DNA of 39,277 bases from a virus (taxonomy: Duplodnaviria; Caudoviricetes): positions 1-39,277 of the IMG/VR virus record IMGVR_UViG_3300032257_000047. One strand, 5' to 3'. The position numbers and the translations under genes are program-made. Positions 17,948 to 28,120 of the stretch are shown in pieces. Position 1 is the stretch's first letter, and each line of letters opens with the position of its first letter. Below the pieces are notes generated by a model. It saw only the letters and a program-made list of their open reading frames with translations. It was not told where the DNA came from and did not search any database.

Positions 17948-19635
17948 TAGTTAATCTTTCCTTTCTTAGCTTTCAGGGTAATTTTATTAATACCTACTGC
18001 CCCGTTGTTAATTACAGCCTGAAAACCTATCTTAATAAGTTCACCAGCACCTGTTAGTGGGAAGTTAAGTTCATTACTTGCACTCCCTGATCCGTACTCT
18101 GATAAAGCAACTGTACTCACAGCCCCATCATATCCGAACTCAGCTATTCCGTATTCATACGTTTCTCCGCCTAGTACACTTCTTATCTCTGATTTATCAG
18201 ATAAAGAGAAGTCATAACTCCATGTAGCTGTTGAATCAAAGTTGTAACTAGCGGCTAAGTATATACGCATAGCTTTCCATATCATCTCCATTCCTTGCGA
18301 GCCAGGGTCTATCCATCCTGATTGGTATTTCATTATATAAGTATCTGCATCATCAAGGTTTGTACCGTACAGTCCAAGGAAACCCCCTGATAAACCAAAT
18401 ACTAAATCTGAGTTAAGCCTAGTACATATTCCAAGAGGATTGAGACTGTTCCAGATAAAAGGTCGTACAGTCTGCCCTTGGGCTACACTTCTTACATCGA
18501 ACACATACATTAAAGCAGAAGTAGGGAAGTTGATTATATAAAGACCAAGTTTCTCATTATAAGTCGATCTTACGTCACCTACTTCTTGGTCTATTGTACT
18601 AACTATTTCTGTTCTCACCTTAGAAGATAAGGTATTCAGAGGCATGTTATCCTGTAGAATAGTCCTAGAGAGCGTTCTAATACCTTCTTTACTTAACCAT
18701 AGAATATCTTCACCTATGTTCTGTACAGAATCTCTAGCTGCGCATCCAATGCCTGATACAACTTCTACTAAATATATATTACCTATATCATCTATATTTG
18801 TATATACAACTACAGAGTTCTCACACAAAATAATTAGATTATTGTTATGTACAGCTAATGCAACTATAGTATCATTACTTTTAGGCCAAACAGTATCGAG
18901 GTCAATGAACCCAGAACTACCTCCACTAAAAGCAGAAGGAATGAGAAGATCTGAATAGTGGATTGTAGTCCCATCAGGAGAAACAAGCCATAAGCGTCCA
19001 AAGGCTGATAAGGCTGCATTAGACTTCTGTATTTCCCGTGTAGTCCAAGTAACCGTGTTGTCAGTGGTTGTGTTGCCGACTGTAGTACTCCAAGTAGGTT
19101 CTGTACCTGTGGTTCCCGCTGTTGTGCACTCATAATATAATCCATTTCGTGTAGTAGGTGTTACTATGTCTCCGAGTATATATGTTGCGCCACCTATCCA
19201 GGTAGCTACCTGATCAACTAAGTATTCAAAATTGCCTGACCCATCCCACCACAAAGGTTCATGCGCAGCTTGTACAGCAACAGTATTACCAGCAAAGTTC
19301 TGTAACTGGAAGTCATCAGCTGTGACAGTAACAGTACCAGTAACATCAGTTAAAGACGAGTCCCCTGACCAGAGCTTAGATCCACCTACAGAGACAAGTA
19401 TCTCTGATCCTGAGTTAGTTATATAACTATGTACAACATCTATCTCTGGAGCGCCTGTAGCGGCTGTACCATTAATCTTAGAATAACCTTTACGGGACTC
19501 TAATCTACCATTACGAGATAAGATACAGTTATCAAGTACAGTAGCATATCTATGATCAAGAGTTGTATCCTGATCTTCTGTACTAAGCCCTAGACTTCCT
19601 GGTGATTGTAAAGGTATTGTTAGTAACGCTGTCAT
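17947..19635 (-). CDS. Tail hub/nozzle protein (P22 gp10 / tail tubular B equivalent)
   Basis: 562-aa beta-propeller-like sequence (GIGCAARDSVQNIGEDILWLS..G.R.L) downstream of the adaptor gene. Confidence 0.8.
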   Translation of the reverse strand: MTALLTIPLQSPGSLGLSTEDQDTTLDHRYATVLDNCILSRNGRLESRKGYSKINGTAATGAPEIDVVHSYITNSGSEILVSVGGSKLWSGDSSLTDVTGTVTVTADDFQLQNFAGNTVAVQAAHEPLWWDGSGNFEYLVDQVATWIGGATYILGDIVTPTTRNGLYYECTTAGTTGTEPTWSTTVGNTTTDNTVTWTTREIQKSNAALSAFGRLWLVSPDGTTIHYSDLLIPSAFSGGSSGFIDLDTVWPKSNDTIVALAVHNNNLIILCENSVVVYTNIDDIGNIYLVEVVSGIGCAARDSVQNIGEDILWLSKEGIRTLSRTILQDNMPLNTLSSKVRTEIVSTIDQEVGDVRSTYNEKLGLYIINFPTSALMYVFDVRSVAQGQTVRPFIWNSLNPLGICTRLNSDLVFGLSGGFLGLYGTNLDDADTYIMKYQSGWIDPGSQGMEMIWKAMRIYLAASYNFDSTATWSYDFSLSDKSEIRSVLGGETYEYGIAEFGYDGAVSTVALSEYGSGSASNELNFPLTGAGELIKIGFQAVINNGAVGINKITLKAKKGKIN

Positions 19636-20288
19636 ACAACATTCCAGTCCATGTTACCTGAGTTATTATTACTCTCGTACAGAGCTATAGCATCAGATAA
19701 AGCTTCTTTCGCTTGCATAGCAACTAGATTTGATTGTGCTCCACCATCTTCACCGCGTTCTGCGATAGCCTTGCTCCATGCATTCAAAATAATAACTTCA
19801 GATGGAACCTTAATAAAGGTGGTATCATCAAATGTGTTACTTAGATTAGGCTTACGATTATAGGATACGCGGAGTGTGTAAGAAGCATCACTAGTAGGGT
19901 AGATGTTTATTGTACTTCCAGCAGAGCTAACCCCTGCATAAGCATACTCAGAGGGCTTGTTCTGGTCAGTATCAGAGCTGATCTTATCTTGAATTGACTT
20001 GTAGTTACTAGCCCTAAGGAAGCACTCATCAGTCACGTTGTATACTGAATGTATATCATACACACCTTCACCTGAGTCCCCAGTAATAACAGCTGTTGTA
20101 TCCCCTGCTGTAATAGCTATATCTTGTGTTTCATGTAACTGAGGCCACTGATAAGCGTTACTTGTTTCTATGTAAGCTTGCTTAACAAAGAAAGAGATTA
20201 GCTTAGAGTAAGTATTGCTAGTAGAACTTGCTACCTCGTCTTCTCTAAGGTTTTTCAGTACTTCATTTATAATGTCTAAATATACCAT
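19632..20288 (-). CDS. Head-tail adaptor (tail tubular A-like)
   Basis: YLDIINEVL..LRE..V N-terminus and IYPT.D..Y.LR motif; gene position. Confidence 0.75.
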   Translation of the reverse strand: MVYLDIINEVLKNLREDEVASSTSNTYSKLISFFVKQAYIETSNAYQWPQLHETQDIAITAGDTTAVITGDSGEGVYDIHSVYNVTDECFLRASNYKSIQDKISSDTDQNKPSEYAYAGVSSAGSTINIYPTSDASYTLRVSYNRKPNLSNTFDDTTFIKVPSEVIILNAWSKAIAERGEDGGAQSNLVAMQAKEALSDAIALYESNNNSGNMDWNVV

Positions 20289-20295
20289 TTTATTC

Positions 20296-20676
20296 CTATG
20301 CGGCTTTGAAGCTTATATTGAACAGTGAAAACCATGCATTAGATCCTACTGAGGGTTTAACTGATCCGTCAGTATTGATAACAAGCTCTCCGTACAAACT
20401 ATTAGAAGCAGTAGCTATATGAGCATTACCAGAATCGTGGTCAGGTCTATATCCTTCTGGTAAGGTAAATGCTACAGTACCAATACTCCCTGTCTTTATT
20501 AACCCGCTTAAATGAACTATCCCTAAAGGATCTTTGTAAAATCTTGCAGGACGATCAGTATCAAAGTTTACCCACGAGTTCTCAAACACTGGCTCCCCAG
20601 CTGTACCTACCTCATGCCAATCCTCTACATGAGTAAAGTTACCTATGATCTGCTCTGCTCTTATTGGATTAGGCAT
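20296..20676 (-). CDS. Stand-alone fibre-tip/receptor-binding-like domain protein
   Basis: F.NSWVN...FYKD..G.VHL.G.IK.G......FTLPEGYRP resembles phage fibre C-terminal head domains. Confidence 0.6.
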   Translation of the reverse strand: MPNPIRAEQIIGNFTHVEDWHEVGTAGEPVFENSWVNFDTDRPARFYKDPLGIVHLSGLIKTGSIGTVAFTLPEGYRPDHDSGNAHIATASNSLYGELVINTDGSVKPSVGSNAWFSLFNISFKAA

Positions 20677-20734
20677 ATTTACTCCTCATTAACCTCTTCG
20701 ATACTAACTAATTAATTAGTCTTTAGTTATCATT

Positions 20735-20757
20735 GAAGAAGGGAGTCCGAAGACTCC
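20735..20757 (-). terminator. Terminator-like hairpin after the capsid/decoration genes
   Basis: GGAGUC-UUCG-GACUCC followed by CUUCUUC (weak U-tract). Confidence 0.65.
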
Positions 20758-20772
20758 GATCAATCACGATAA

Positions 20773-21048
20773 TTACATATCGTTGTAATGAACAACTTTA
20801 ACACGTAAAGTACCTGATCCAAGATCAATAGTACCGCCTGTGTTGTTACTCAAAGATACAGTTACTGTATTAGCAGCTGTAACTTGTGCAGACAACTCAA
20901 GATCAAGTACATCTACATCTATACTGACAAATACGAAATCACCTAGTACAGCGCCTGGGACAGTAACATCAACTGCCTCTTCATTGCCATCAAGCATACT
21001 AGCTGCATCGAATGTTGCCTCGGCCTTCGGCCCTGACATTCTACTCAT
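20773..21048 (-). CDS. Probable capsid decoration protein
   Basis: 91-aa all-beta protein (VTVPGA.LGDFV...IDLGSGTLRV) directly after the major capsid gene; strong GAGGAG RBS. Confidence 0.65.
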   Translation of the reverse strand: MSRMSGPKAEATFDAASMLDGNEEAVDVTVPGAVLGDFVFVSIDVDVLDLELSAQVTAANTVTVSLSNNTGGTIDLGSGTLRVKVVHYNDM

Positions 21049-21060
21049 AAATTTCTCCTC

Positions 21061-21081
21061 AAGGGAAGGGGCTTACGCCCC
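21061..21081 (-). terminator. Hairpin after the major capsid gene
   Basis: GGGGC-GUAA-GCCCC (GNRA loop) followed by UUCCCUU. Confidence 0.6.
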
Positions 21082-21089
21082 GACCACTC

Positions 21090-22115
21090 CTAGTTAGGCA
21101 CTACAATCGCAACGCCACCATAGTTACGCTTTGCAACTACGCCGTACAGAGTATCAGCAGTATGCAAGTCACCAAGGTACTCTTGCTTGTACTGTTTCTG
21201 TAGACGAACATCCATTTGAGAAGCCATAACAGCTGCATCTTTATGGAACATAGCCGCTACACGGCCAGTAGTAGCTGCTGTACTAGCTGTGTATGCAGTA
21301 CTGAACATATCAGTACCAGCACCATCACCAGGAGCTGCTGAGTTAAATGTGAAGATAGTATCATCAGCATCTGTAGCAACATATGGACAGTTAGTACTTA
21401 CAGAAACATCTACACCGTAGATATTACCAATAGTACCATTCTTGATAGTGTCACCATTACCAATAAATGCCTGTTCACTGAAACGTGCAAGACCCATAAG
21501 GTTATTACGTTCTACAGGTGGGATTACTAGATGACGATCCATCATAGGATTGTCTGAGTCATCAAGAGTCTGGATAATCTGACGAATACCAGCATCTGTT
21601 AAAGCAGTCTGGTTGTTAGTACCATCACCAACGTAAGATGTTGAACCATCTCCACCGATAACTGCTGCACTGTATGCTGAACCGTCTTGAAAAGTTCCGA
21701 AAGCTGCCCAAATATCTTGGTCAATCTTCTTAGCTAGACCATAACCAGCATCTTGCATGTATTCACGTAACAAAGAATCAAGAGCTTGGATAGCTGTACG
21801 ATCCTCGATTAAGAATGAATACTCGTAATGTTTATCAAGAGCTAATGTAACCTCTGAATCTGCACGAGTAACTAGTGTTACTAATGTATCCTGAGCCTTA
21901 GCTGTTGGTGAACCGCGATCAGTCAAAGAAGGTAGTACTAATGCATCACCTTTCTGTCCACTGAAGTCAATCTTGCTAATCTTATCACCTAGCTGTAAAG
22001 CTTGGGTATAAGTTACAATAGCTTCATCAATCCACTTAGTCGCTAAAAAGCCACCTGGATTTCCACCGTCTGAATTTGTGTTACCTAAGTGAACACCTGC
22101 TGCGCCTAATGCCAT
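21090..22115 (-). CDS. Major capsid protein (HK97 fold, P22-coat-like)
   Basis: 341 aa; GQKGD...LP, DAGYGLAKKID, IG.IYGVDV.VS.N and AD.LYGV motifs; follows the scaffold gene. Confidence 0.9.
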   Translation of the reverse strand: MALGAAGVHLGNTNSDGGNPGGFLATKWIDEAIVTYTQALQLGDKISKIDFSGQKGDALVLPSLTDRGSPTAKAQDTLVTLVTRADSEVTLALDKHYEYSFLIEDRTAIQALDSLLREYMQDAGYGLAKKIDQDIWAAFGTFQDGSAYSAAVIGGDGSTSYVGDGTNNQTALTDAGIRQIIQTLDDSDNPMMDRHLVIPPVERNNLMGLARFSEQAFIGNGDTIKNGTIGNIYGVDVSVSTNCPYVATDADDTIFTFNSAAPGDGAGTDMFSTAYTASTAATTGRVAAMFHKDAAVMASQMDVRLQKQYKQEYLGDLHTADTLYGVVAKRNYGGVAIVVPN

Positions 22116-22146
22116 TTTATTTCTCCGATATATTTAGATAGAGCGG

Positions 22147-22908
22147 TCACTTAGTTACACGATCTTCCGCGTAAGCCGCCATAATTTCATCATAATGTTG
22201 CTTATATTTCATAGGCTCTTTGATGCGCATCTCACGGATATAAGCCCGTGACCACATCTTCTTTCTTGAGCCACCTGAAGAAGCACCCTTTTCCATTGCA
22301 CCAGCTTTAAGGTCTTGTTGTCGCTTTTCTTCGTTAACGGGTGCAGGAGCATTGTCCTTCCAACCTTGCATTAACTCAGATGCTGCAACTAAATCTACAC
22401 CTTGTACATTTTTATTGTAAAGGTTTGAGCGGTATTCAGAGCCTGCTACCCATGACATGAACTCAGGTGAACTTGTCACTGAATCAAAGTCTGGATAAGA
22501 TTGCTTGAACTTCTCTAAAGCTGTCTGTGCTTTGTACTGATCAAGCTCTTGCTTGATCGCCCCTACTTCCTGTTGAACCAATCTTGATGCTGCTTTTTCG
22601 GGTTCATAATCCCAATCAAGAGTTTCATCCACTGGTGCTGGTTTTGGGTTGAACTGCTCGGTTTGCAGTAACTTATCAACTAATTTCCTGTTCTCACCTA
22701 GTTCATTACCTTGACGTGATAAAGCCTTTTCAGCTTCTTCATGCATTTCGATAATATCTTCTAAGCTTTTACCTTGGTATCGTTCAGGTATTGCTGGAGT
22801 TTCTGTTCCGCTTAACGAGTTACCTATTTCCACCTCAAAGTTTGCATTCTCTTCAGTGATAGGGTTGTCGCCGTTTATGATGTCCTCATGGACGTTGTTG
22901 TCGCTCAT
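22147..22908 (-). CDS. Capsid scaffolding protein
   Basis: PERYQGKS..DII.MH.EAEK..SRQGNELGE.R coiled coil; C-terminal EIMAAYAEDRV. Confidence 0.8.
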   Translation of the reverse strand: MSDNNVHEDIINGDNPITEENANFEVEIGNSLSGTETPAIPERYQGKSLEDIIEMHEEAEKALSRQGNELGENRKLVDKLLQTEQFNPKPAPVDETLDWDYEPEKAASRLVQQEVGAIKQELDQYKAQTALEKFKQSYPDFDSVTSSPEFMSWVAGSEYRSNLYNKNVQGVDLVAASELMQGWKDNAPAPVNEEKRQQDLKAGAMEKGASSGGSRKKMWSRAYIREMRIKEPMKYKQHYDEIMAAYAEDRVTK

Positions 22909-22976
22909 ATCTGCCTCTCGGTTCCAGATGAAATGTAGTTATCGGGACACGACTCCCGCTACGGGTAAAGATCTCG

Positions 22977-23234
22977 TTACGTATAAGTACCGTGATTCTT
23001 CATATTCTTTTTCTCTTGAGCCATCTTCTGCTCTCTCATCTTCTCCCATCTACGGGTAGCGCCAGGAAAGTCTCCAGATATAGGATCAAGTTTAAATTTA
23101 GGTGAGTCTTTGTCTATATAGCCAGTCTTAACTTCTGAGTTACATTTAGGACATTTATCGTCCACAGGAGCTTTGAACTCTAGTCCGAACCCCATCTCGC
23201 AGTCGCATTCAGTACATAGCCAACCAAAGATCAT
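22977..23234 (-). CDS. FmdB-like zinc-ribbon protein
   Basis: CTEC...CPKC and LDPISGDFPGAT.RW. Confidence 0.65.
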   Translation of the reverse strand: MIFGWLCTECDCEMGFGLEFKAPVDDKCPKCNSEVKTGYIDKDSPKFKLDPISGDFPGATRRWEKMREQKMAQEKKNMKNHGTYT

Positions 23235-23491
23235 GCTTCACCCTCATATTCATTATTCTGGTAATGCTCTATCAATCCAGTTATCCAATCAAGTGCTTCT
23301 ATGTAACCAAGACGTTTAAGCATCATATCACTCTGTGAACAGAGTAATACCCCTGTCTGTGGATCAGTCAAAGGCATAACCTTAATAGTATCTGAGGCTG
23401 CAAGGTTCTTCTTTATATCTTCAAGAAGTAGCTCAACCCCCTTAGTTAATACAGAGTCGCGTATCGCGTTGTACTCTTCTTTTTCAGTCAT
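23231..23491 (-). CDS. Hypothetical head-module protein
   Basis: 86-aa helical ORF; ATGA overlap with the next gene. Confidence 0.6.
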   Translation of the reverse strand: MTEKEEYNAIRDSVLTKGVELLLEDIKKNLAASDTIKVMPLTDPQTGVLLCSQSDMMLKRLGYIEALDWITGLIEHYQNNEYEGEA

Positions 23492-23538
23492 TTTAGCCTA
23501 CTTGCTTGTGGTTACTCTACGGATTATTAGAGACTTCA

Positions 23539-24936
23539 TTAAACAGTCCAAGTACCGCCAATGACGTTGTTATGATCTATAGGTGTTGTTGCTCCTACGT
23601 TATTAAGACCAGATGTAGTAACAACATTATTAATCTTTATGTTACTCGTTCCGTTATCGTCGATAATCTCACCGCTTAAGTTATTACCGTTAATTAGGTT
23701 ACTATCGCCATTAACTTCAATACCATCCCCACCAGTAGTTATTAATCTGTTGTTACTTATTGTGCAATTATCTCCATCACAGCGAATACCAACACCTGTA
23801 CCGCCAGTGTTTGCAATTCTGTTTCCTTGTACTATCGTATCATCCATGCCTGATAGTAAAAATATCCCTATACCTGTAGATGTAGTATCAACGATGTTAT
23901 CAAGTATCATAATCCCTGAGCCAGCTCTAGCTTCTATCCCGTGCTGTGCATTAGTTACAACATTCCTAACAATATTTCCTTGTATGATAACTCTATCTGC
24001 ACCAGTAGTAAGATAAACACGAATACCTGATACAGTTTGTGGACTTTCGATTACATTATTAGAAACAATATGATCTGTTCCAGTCCCGCCATCCGCTATG
24101 TTGTTGCCTATTGCTATGCCTTCGCCCATGTTAACAGCTGTATTCCCTGAACAAATACAACGCTCACCAGCAAAGAAAAGATCAAATCCAGCTCCCCTTG
24201 CGCCTGTTGGGGTTTCACACTCTGCATAATTTCCTATAAAAACAGAGCTATCGCATTCGCTAGTCTCGAAAGCATCTTGAGATATTGCATCATTTTCAAG
24301 TATGCAGGAATTATTAATAACCCTCAAATCTTTAGTCCAGTGGAACAAATATCCTTCTCTGCAACCTGTAGAGTGGGTATTTTGAAATGATATATTTGTC
24401 AGCAAGCTAGTTTTACTTGTCCCTTTTATATTTGCTGTGTTGCCAGCTGAGTTTATAATAGAGATGTCTGACACTTTAAGTGTATCAAAAGCCCCTGTAG
24501 CGCTTACGCAAACACGGCTATTGACCTGTGATGTATCTGTAATGTCTACTTGACCAGCTCTATTTCCATCAATAGTTCCCTGCCCTGTTATATAGACATT
24601 GCTTGCATTTATTTCAATAACATAAACCTCATCACTTACATTCGTCAAGTCACCATCGGCAAGCTTGATTGTTGCGCCTGCCATTAAATGGAAATTAACT
24701 GGCTTTGATATGTTTAAACAGTAATCTGTAGTGCCAGGGTTAACTCTTGAAACAATGTAAGTACCATCAGGTACGATGACAGTTGCACCAGAAGGGGCTG
24801 CTGTCAAAGCCGATTGAATCGTCGCTGTATCATCTGTCACACCATCCCCAGTAGCCCCATAGGACATTACATTAAAACTCTCTTGGAAAGGGTTGTCCCA
24901 ATGGAAAGGGGGATTGTTGAAGTGAAATGTATTCAT
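23539..24936 (-). CDS. Pectate-lyase-3-like beta-helix protein (tailspike/depolymerase-like)
   Basis: FNVMSYGATGDGVTDDTATIQSAL...PDGTY cap motif and many I.GN.I / GI coils. Confidence 0.85.
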   Translation of the reverse strand: MNTFHFNNPPFHWDNPFQESFNVMSYGATGDGVTDDTATIQSALTAAPSGATVIVPDGTYIVSRVNPGTTDYCLNISKPVNFHLMAGATIKLADGDLTNVSDEVYVIEINASNVYITGQGTIDGNRAGQVDITDTSQVNSRVCVSATGAFDTLKVSDISIINSAGNTANIKGTSKTSLLTNISFQNTHSTGCREGYLFHWTKDLRVINNSCILENDAISQDAFETSECDSSVFIGNYAECETPTGARGAGFDLFFAGERCICSGNTAVNMGEGIAIGNNIADGGTGTDHIVSNNVIESPQTVSGIRVYLTTGADRVIIQGNIVRNVVTNAQHGIEARAGSGIMILDNIVDTTSTGIGIFLLSGMDDTIVQGNRIANTGGTGVGIRCDGDNCTISNNRLITTGGDGIEVNGDSNLINGNNLSGEIIDDNGTSNIKINNVVTTSGLNNVGATTPIDHNNVIGGTWTV

Positions 24937-26798
24937 TCTTTACTCTCCGACTTGCCACTAAAGGCCTGTCTATCTAATTCTTTATCTTCAATCTGAGCTA
25001 CAGCATTGAAGGCGTTAACTTCTGTTTGTGTTTGTTGTGTATCAGCTGTTGCATAGTTCTTAGTAGCTACTGACTTCTTAACTTCAAGATCTAACTGCAG
25101 ATTAGCATTCTCTAGTTGAGCATTCTGTAGCTGAAGCTGTTGGATCTGTTGTTGCATAGGATCAGGTGGCTGTGGAGCGAACTGTTGCTGTATAGCCTCC
25201 TCTAACTCTTTCTTGAACGGTATGCTTAGATTATCAACAAATGCCTTGACTAATACACCTTTAGCTGGGCCATCAGGGATACCCTGCATAGCTTGTGTAA
25301 TATTACCTTGCTCGAACTCTCTAGCCATAATACCCATTGTTGAGTAAGGCAACAGCTTATAATCCCCGAAAGGATAACGCTCAGGATCGAATTGCTGATA
25401 ACGCCAAGAGAACTTATTAATCATTGGCTTAAGGAAATCTTCTTCTATGTTACGCATAGTACGCTTAGAACGCTTGATTGAACCTGAAGCGATCATTGAC
25501 ATACCTGAAGCAGTAGCATTACGAGGGGAGCCACCGATAGGAGTAGCTGAATCCATTGATCCAGTTCCCATCTGTAGCATCCGTTCGAGTTCCCCTGCTT
25601 CCCTGTACGTGTGTGCTGACATCTCTCCGAAGTGGAAAGGCATCAAGGCGGCCCTTGGGTCGCCATTTGTTAGTATCTGCTTACCTGGGGAGACTGTTAA
25701 CTTAGCTCCACGAGGTAAGCGAGTAGCATCAGCTGCTATCATTGGATGGATTGTTAAAGCTAGCCCATCTTGTCGTGCTCGTAGCTCTGCATTCAAAGCT
25801 CTCTGGGATTGCATACCTTTCTCAGCAACGCCTCTGCCCCAGAAACGATTAGGAACAGTGTCATGCTGGTAAGCGATGATTGAACGATCTCTGTAAATGA
25901 ATGGGTTAGCTACACCTTTAAGAAGAGCTGCTCCATTAGCTATCGTTACAATAGCCTCTACCATATCAACTTCATCGAAGTTAAGAGCTATATCAGCTGC
26001 AACAGGGTCTACTGAACCATCTTCATTAGTAATATCTGTAAGTAAACCAGCTGGAACAAGACCATGATACTCAAGTATCTCTGTTCTGTCCCCTGAGATG
26101 ACATTACCTGTCTCGCCCATTGATGCAACATCTTCATCGTCTGTATAAGAGCCAAGAGATACGTCATTATAAATACCTGCTTCTATCTTAGATAGAACAT
26201 CTATCTTAGGCTTTGTTGTTATATGCGCACAACCAAGTCCTTCTGATACAGTCCTAGCTGAAGGATCAATTACGAACTCCTTCGGGGAAATAGGCTCTAG
26301 TGTAACTTCTACCTTGTTATAATTAAGGCTTGAGCCATCCGGTGCTGTGTATTCATCAGTAACTTCAGTAGTAACTACCTTAGCAATACCTGTACCGTAG
26401 ATAGCCCCGTTCAAATATACCTCAGATATAGCCTTAGCTACACCTGATATTGCCATATCTTCTATCAAGAGATCGCGGACAGGGTAACGATCTTTTTTAT
26501 CAGTATCATGGAGATCATCATCAACATCGAACCAATACTTACGGTTAAATGTAGCCTCTTCCATCTCAGAGACAGCCATTTCAATAGCTTGACCTAGAGC
26601 TGGAGATATGAACCTTGAACGCTCAGAATCTCTTGTTTTACCTTTAGCTGTGTATATACCACGCCATTGCTGGTAATATTCTTCCCAATCAGACTCATAG
26701 TTATTATCCCTATAAGTCTTCCAGGGATCAGTAGTGCCTAGTACCCAAGATACTAACTCATCATCAATATCTGACTGTTTAATTACGTCTTTATCCAT
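24933..26798 (-). CDS. Portal protein
   Basis: About 621 aa downstream of TerL; YGTGIAKV, FWGRGVAE and TASGMSM motifs; Gln-rich helical barrel at the C-terminus. Start at Met 26798. Confidence 0.9.
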   Translation of the reverse strand: MDKDVIKQSDIDDELVSWVLGTTDPWKTYRDNNYESDWEEYYQQWRGIYTAKGKTRDSERSRFISPALGQAIEMAVSEMEEATFNRKYWFDVDDDLHDTDKKDRYPVRDLLIEDMAISGVAKAISEVYLNGAIYGTGIAKVVTTEVTDEYTAPDGSSLNYNKVEVTLEPISPKEFVIDPSARTVSEGLGCAHITTKPKIDVLSKIEAGIYNDVSLGSYTDDEDVASMGETGNVISGDRTEILEYHGLVPAGLLTDITNEDGSVDPVAADIALNFDEVDMVEAIVTIANGAALLKGVANPFIYRDRSIIAYQHDTVPNRFWGRGVAEKGMQSQRALNAELRARQDGLALTIHPMIAADATRLPRGAKLTVSPGKQILTNGDPRAALMPFHFGEMSAHTYREAGELERMLQMGTGSMDSATPIGGSPRNATASGMSMIASGSIKRSKRTMRNIEEDFLKPMINKFSWRYQQFDPERYPFGDYKLLPYSTMGIMAREFEQGNITQAMQGIPDGPAKGVLVKAFVDNLSIPFKKELEEAIQQQFAPQPPDPMQQQIQQLQLQNAQLENANLQLDLEVKKSVATKNYATADTQQTQTEVNAFNAVAQIEDKELDRQAFSGKSESKE

Positions 26799-26800
26799 AC

Positions 26801-28120
26801 TTAGTATCCGCTCCAAACATCAAGGACTTCATATTCTTCAACCTCGAAATTTGATGAGTAATTAGTTACAGCTACTTGGTCTATATAAGCTAATGAATCA
26901 AGTAGATCATCGTGTGACATAGGGTTAGGAAAGTCTAGGTACTGTTCAGTAAAAGTCTTCCAATCTCTTCGTGAGCCTTTGAATGTTAGCTGCCCTCTTT
27001 CAAGCCTACCCTGTAATGCCCATACTATTCTGTCTGTTTTCTTCTTGCCGCCATGTGATACAGGAATAACACTAGGAAAGATGCTCATTCTACGCATATT
27101 ATCCTCAAGATAAGGCATAACAGCGTTTTTAAGCGCGCCTGACTCTATTCCTACACATATTGGTTGGTAATCCTTGGCTGCCTTGATGATACGCATAGCA
27201 GTCTCTCTTACATCCCATCTTCCGTGCTGTATTTCATGCACGAACCAACCAGATGTGGATACCTCAACTATTGAGATAGCAGTTTCATCCAATTTCTTGA
27301 TAGCGGACTTAACCATACCGCCACCTGTACCGAAACCTGCTAAATCCACTGAAATGTACAGTGAACCAGCTTCAGATGATGAATCAGCGTACTTAAGGTA
27401 TTCTTCCTTAAAGGCTGAACCACCACCTGCTGCGAAACTAGCCTCATACTCTTGTCTGAAAGCAGCTGCTGACATACTATTTCTTGCAGCTTCTATCTCT
27501 TTCGGCTTTATCTTAGGGTTATCAAGTGAATTGAAGTGAAAAGCAGCCCATTCAGCTATTTCATTGTTCTCTAGGCTTGATTTCTCCATACTTCCTGCGA
27601 AGCACCACAAATCGTAGAAATGATTCTTACCATCCGGTGTACCAATGAACAAAGCTTCACCTTCATAGTCAGACAGAGCGGGTCGTATGATTAAATCCCA
27701 TACTTCCGGCTTCATGTCAGCGTATTCGTCCATTACGACATAAGATAAACCCACACCACGAAGAGTATCAGGTCTATCAGAGCCTTTAATCTTAATAGTC
27801 CGTCCATTGACGAGACGTAACACGCCTTCATTCTGTCTAACGGATTCAATCACCCCTCCTTGGGCAGCCATGCCACCAAGCTCAACAAGCAGGTTCCACA
27901 TAATATCTTTACCCTGGTTAAAGGTAGGAGCTATGTAGAACACTTCAGCTCTCTTTAGGTCTTGTCCGTGATTGTTCTCAATTTTAAGTCCATGTATAAG
28001 AAGTAGTACAGCTGATAAGAAGGATTTACCTCCACGTCTACCTGCTGCACATACCTTGAAACGGGCTGAGTGATTAAACACTTCTAGCTGTTTACCATGG
28101 AGAGAGAAATTAAGCTCCAT
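26801..28120 (-). CDS. terL: Terminase large subunit
   Basis: Walker A AGRRGGKS, Walker B VVMDE, motif III IGTP, nuclease ISVDLA and HDDLLDSL. Confidence 0.95.
   Translation of the reverse strand: MELNFSLHGKQLEVFNHSARFKVCAAGRRGGKSFLSAVLLLIHGLKIENNHGQDLKRAEVFYIAPTFNQGKDIMWNLLVELGGMAAQGGVIESVRQNEGVLRLVNGRTIKIKGSDRPDTLRGVGLSYVVMDEYADMKPEVWDLIIRPALSDYEGEALFIGTPDGKNHFYDLWCFAGSMEKSSLENNEIAEWAAFHFNSLDNPKIKPKEIEAARNSMSAAAFRQEYEASFAAGGGSAFKEEYLKYADSSSEAGSLYISVDLAGFGTGGGMVKSAIKKLDETAISIVEVSTSGWFVHEIQHGRWDVRETAMRIIKAAKDYQPICVGIESGALKNAVMPYLEDNMRRMSIFPSVIPVSHGGKKKTDRIVWALQGRLERGQLTFKGSRRDWKTFTEQYLDFPNPMSHDDLLDSLAYIDQVAVTNYSSNFEVEEYEVLDVWSGY

Noticed and set aside
21049-21110. T7 10A/10B-style frameshift or readthrough fusing the capsid to the next gene
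   Set aside because: The downstream gene's frame has TAA stops both before and after the capsid stop, and readthrough ends at TGA out of frame.
24925-24965. Portal to beta-helix frameshift fusion
   Set aside because: The -1 frame has a TAA two codons before the ATG and there is no slippery heptamer. Plain ATGA coupling explains the overlap.
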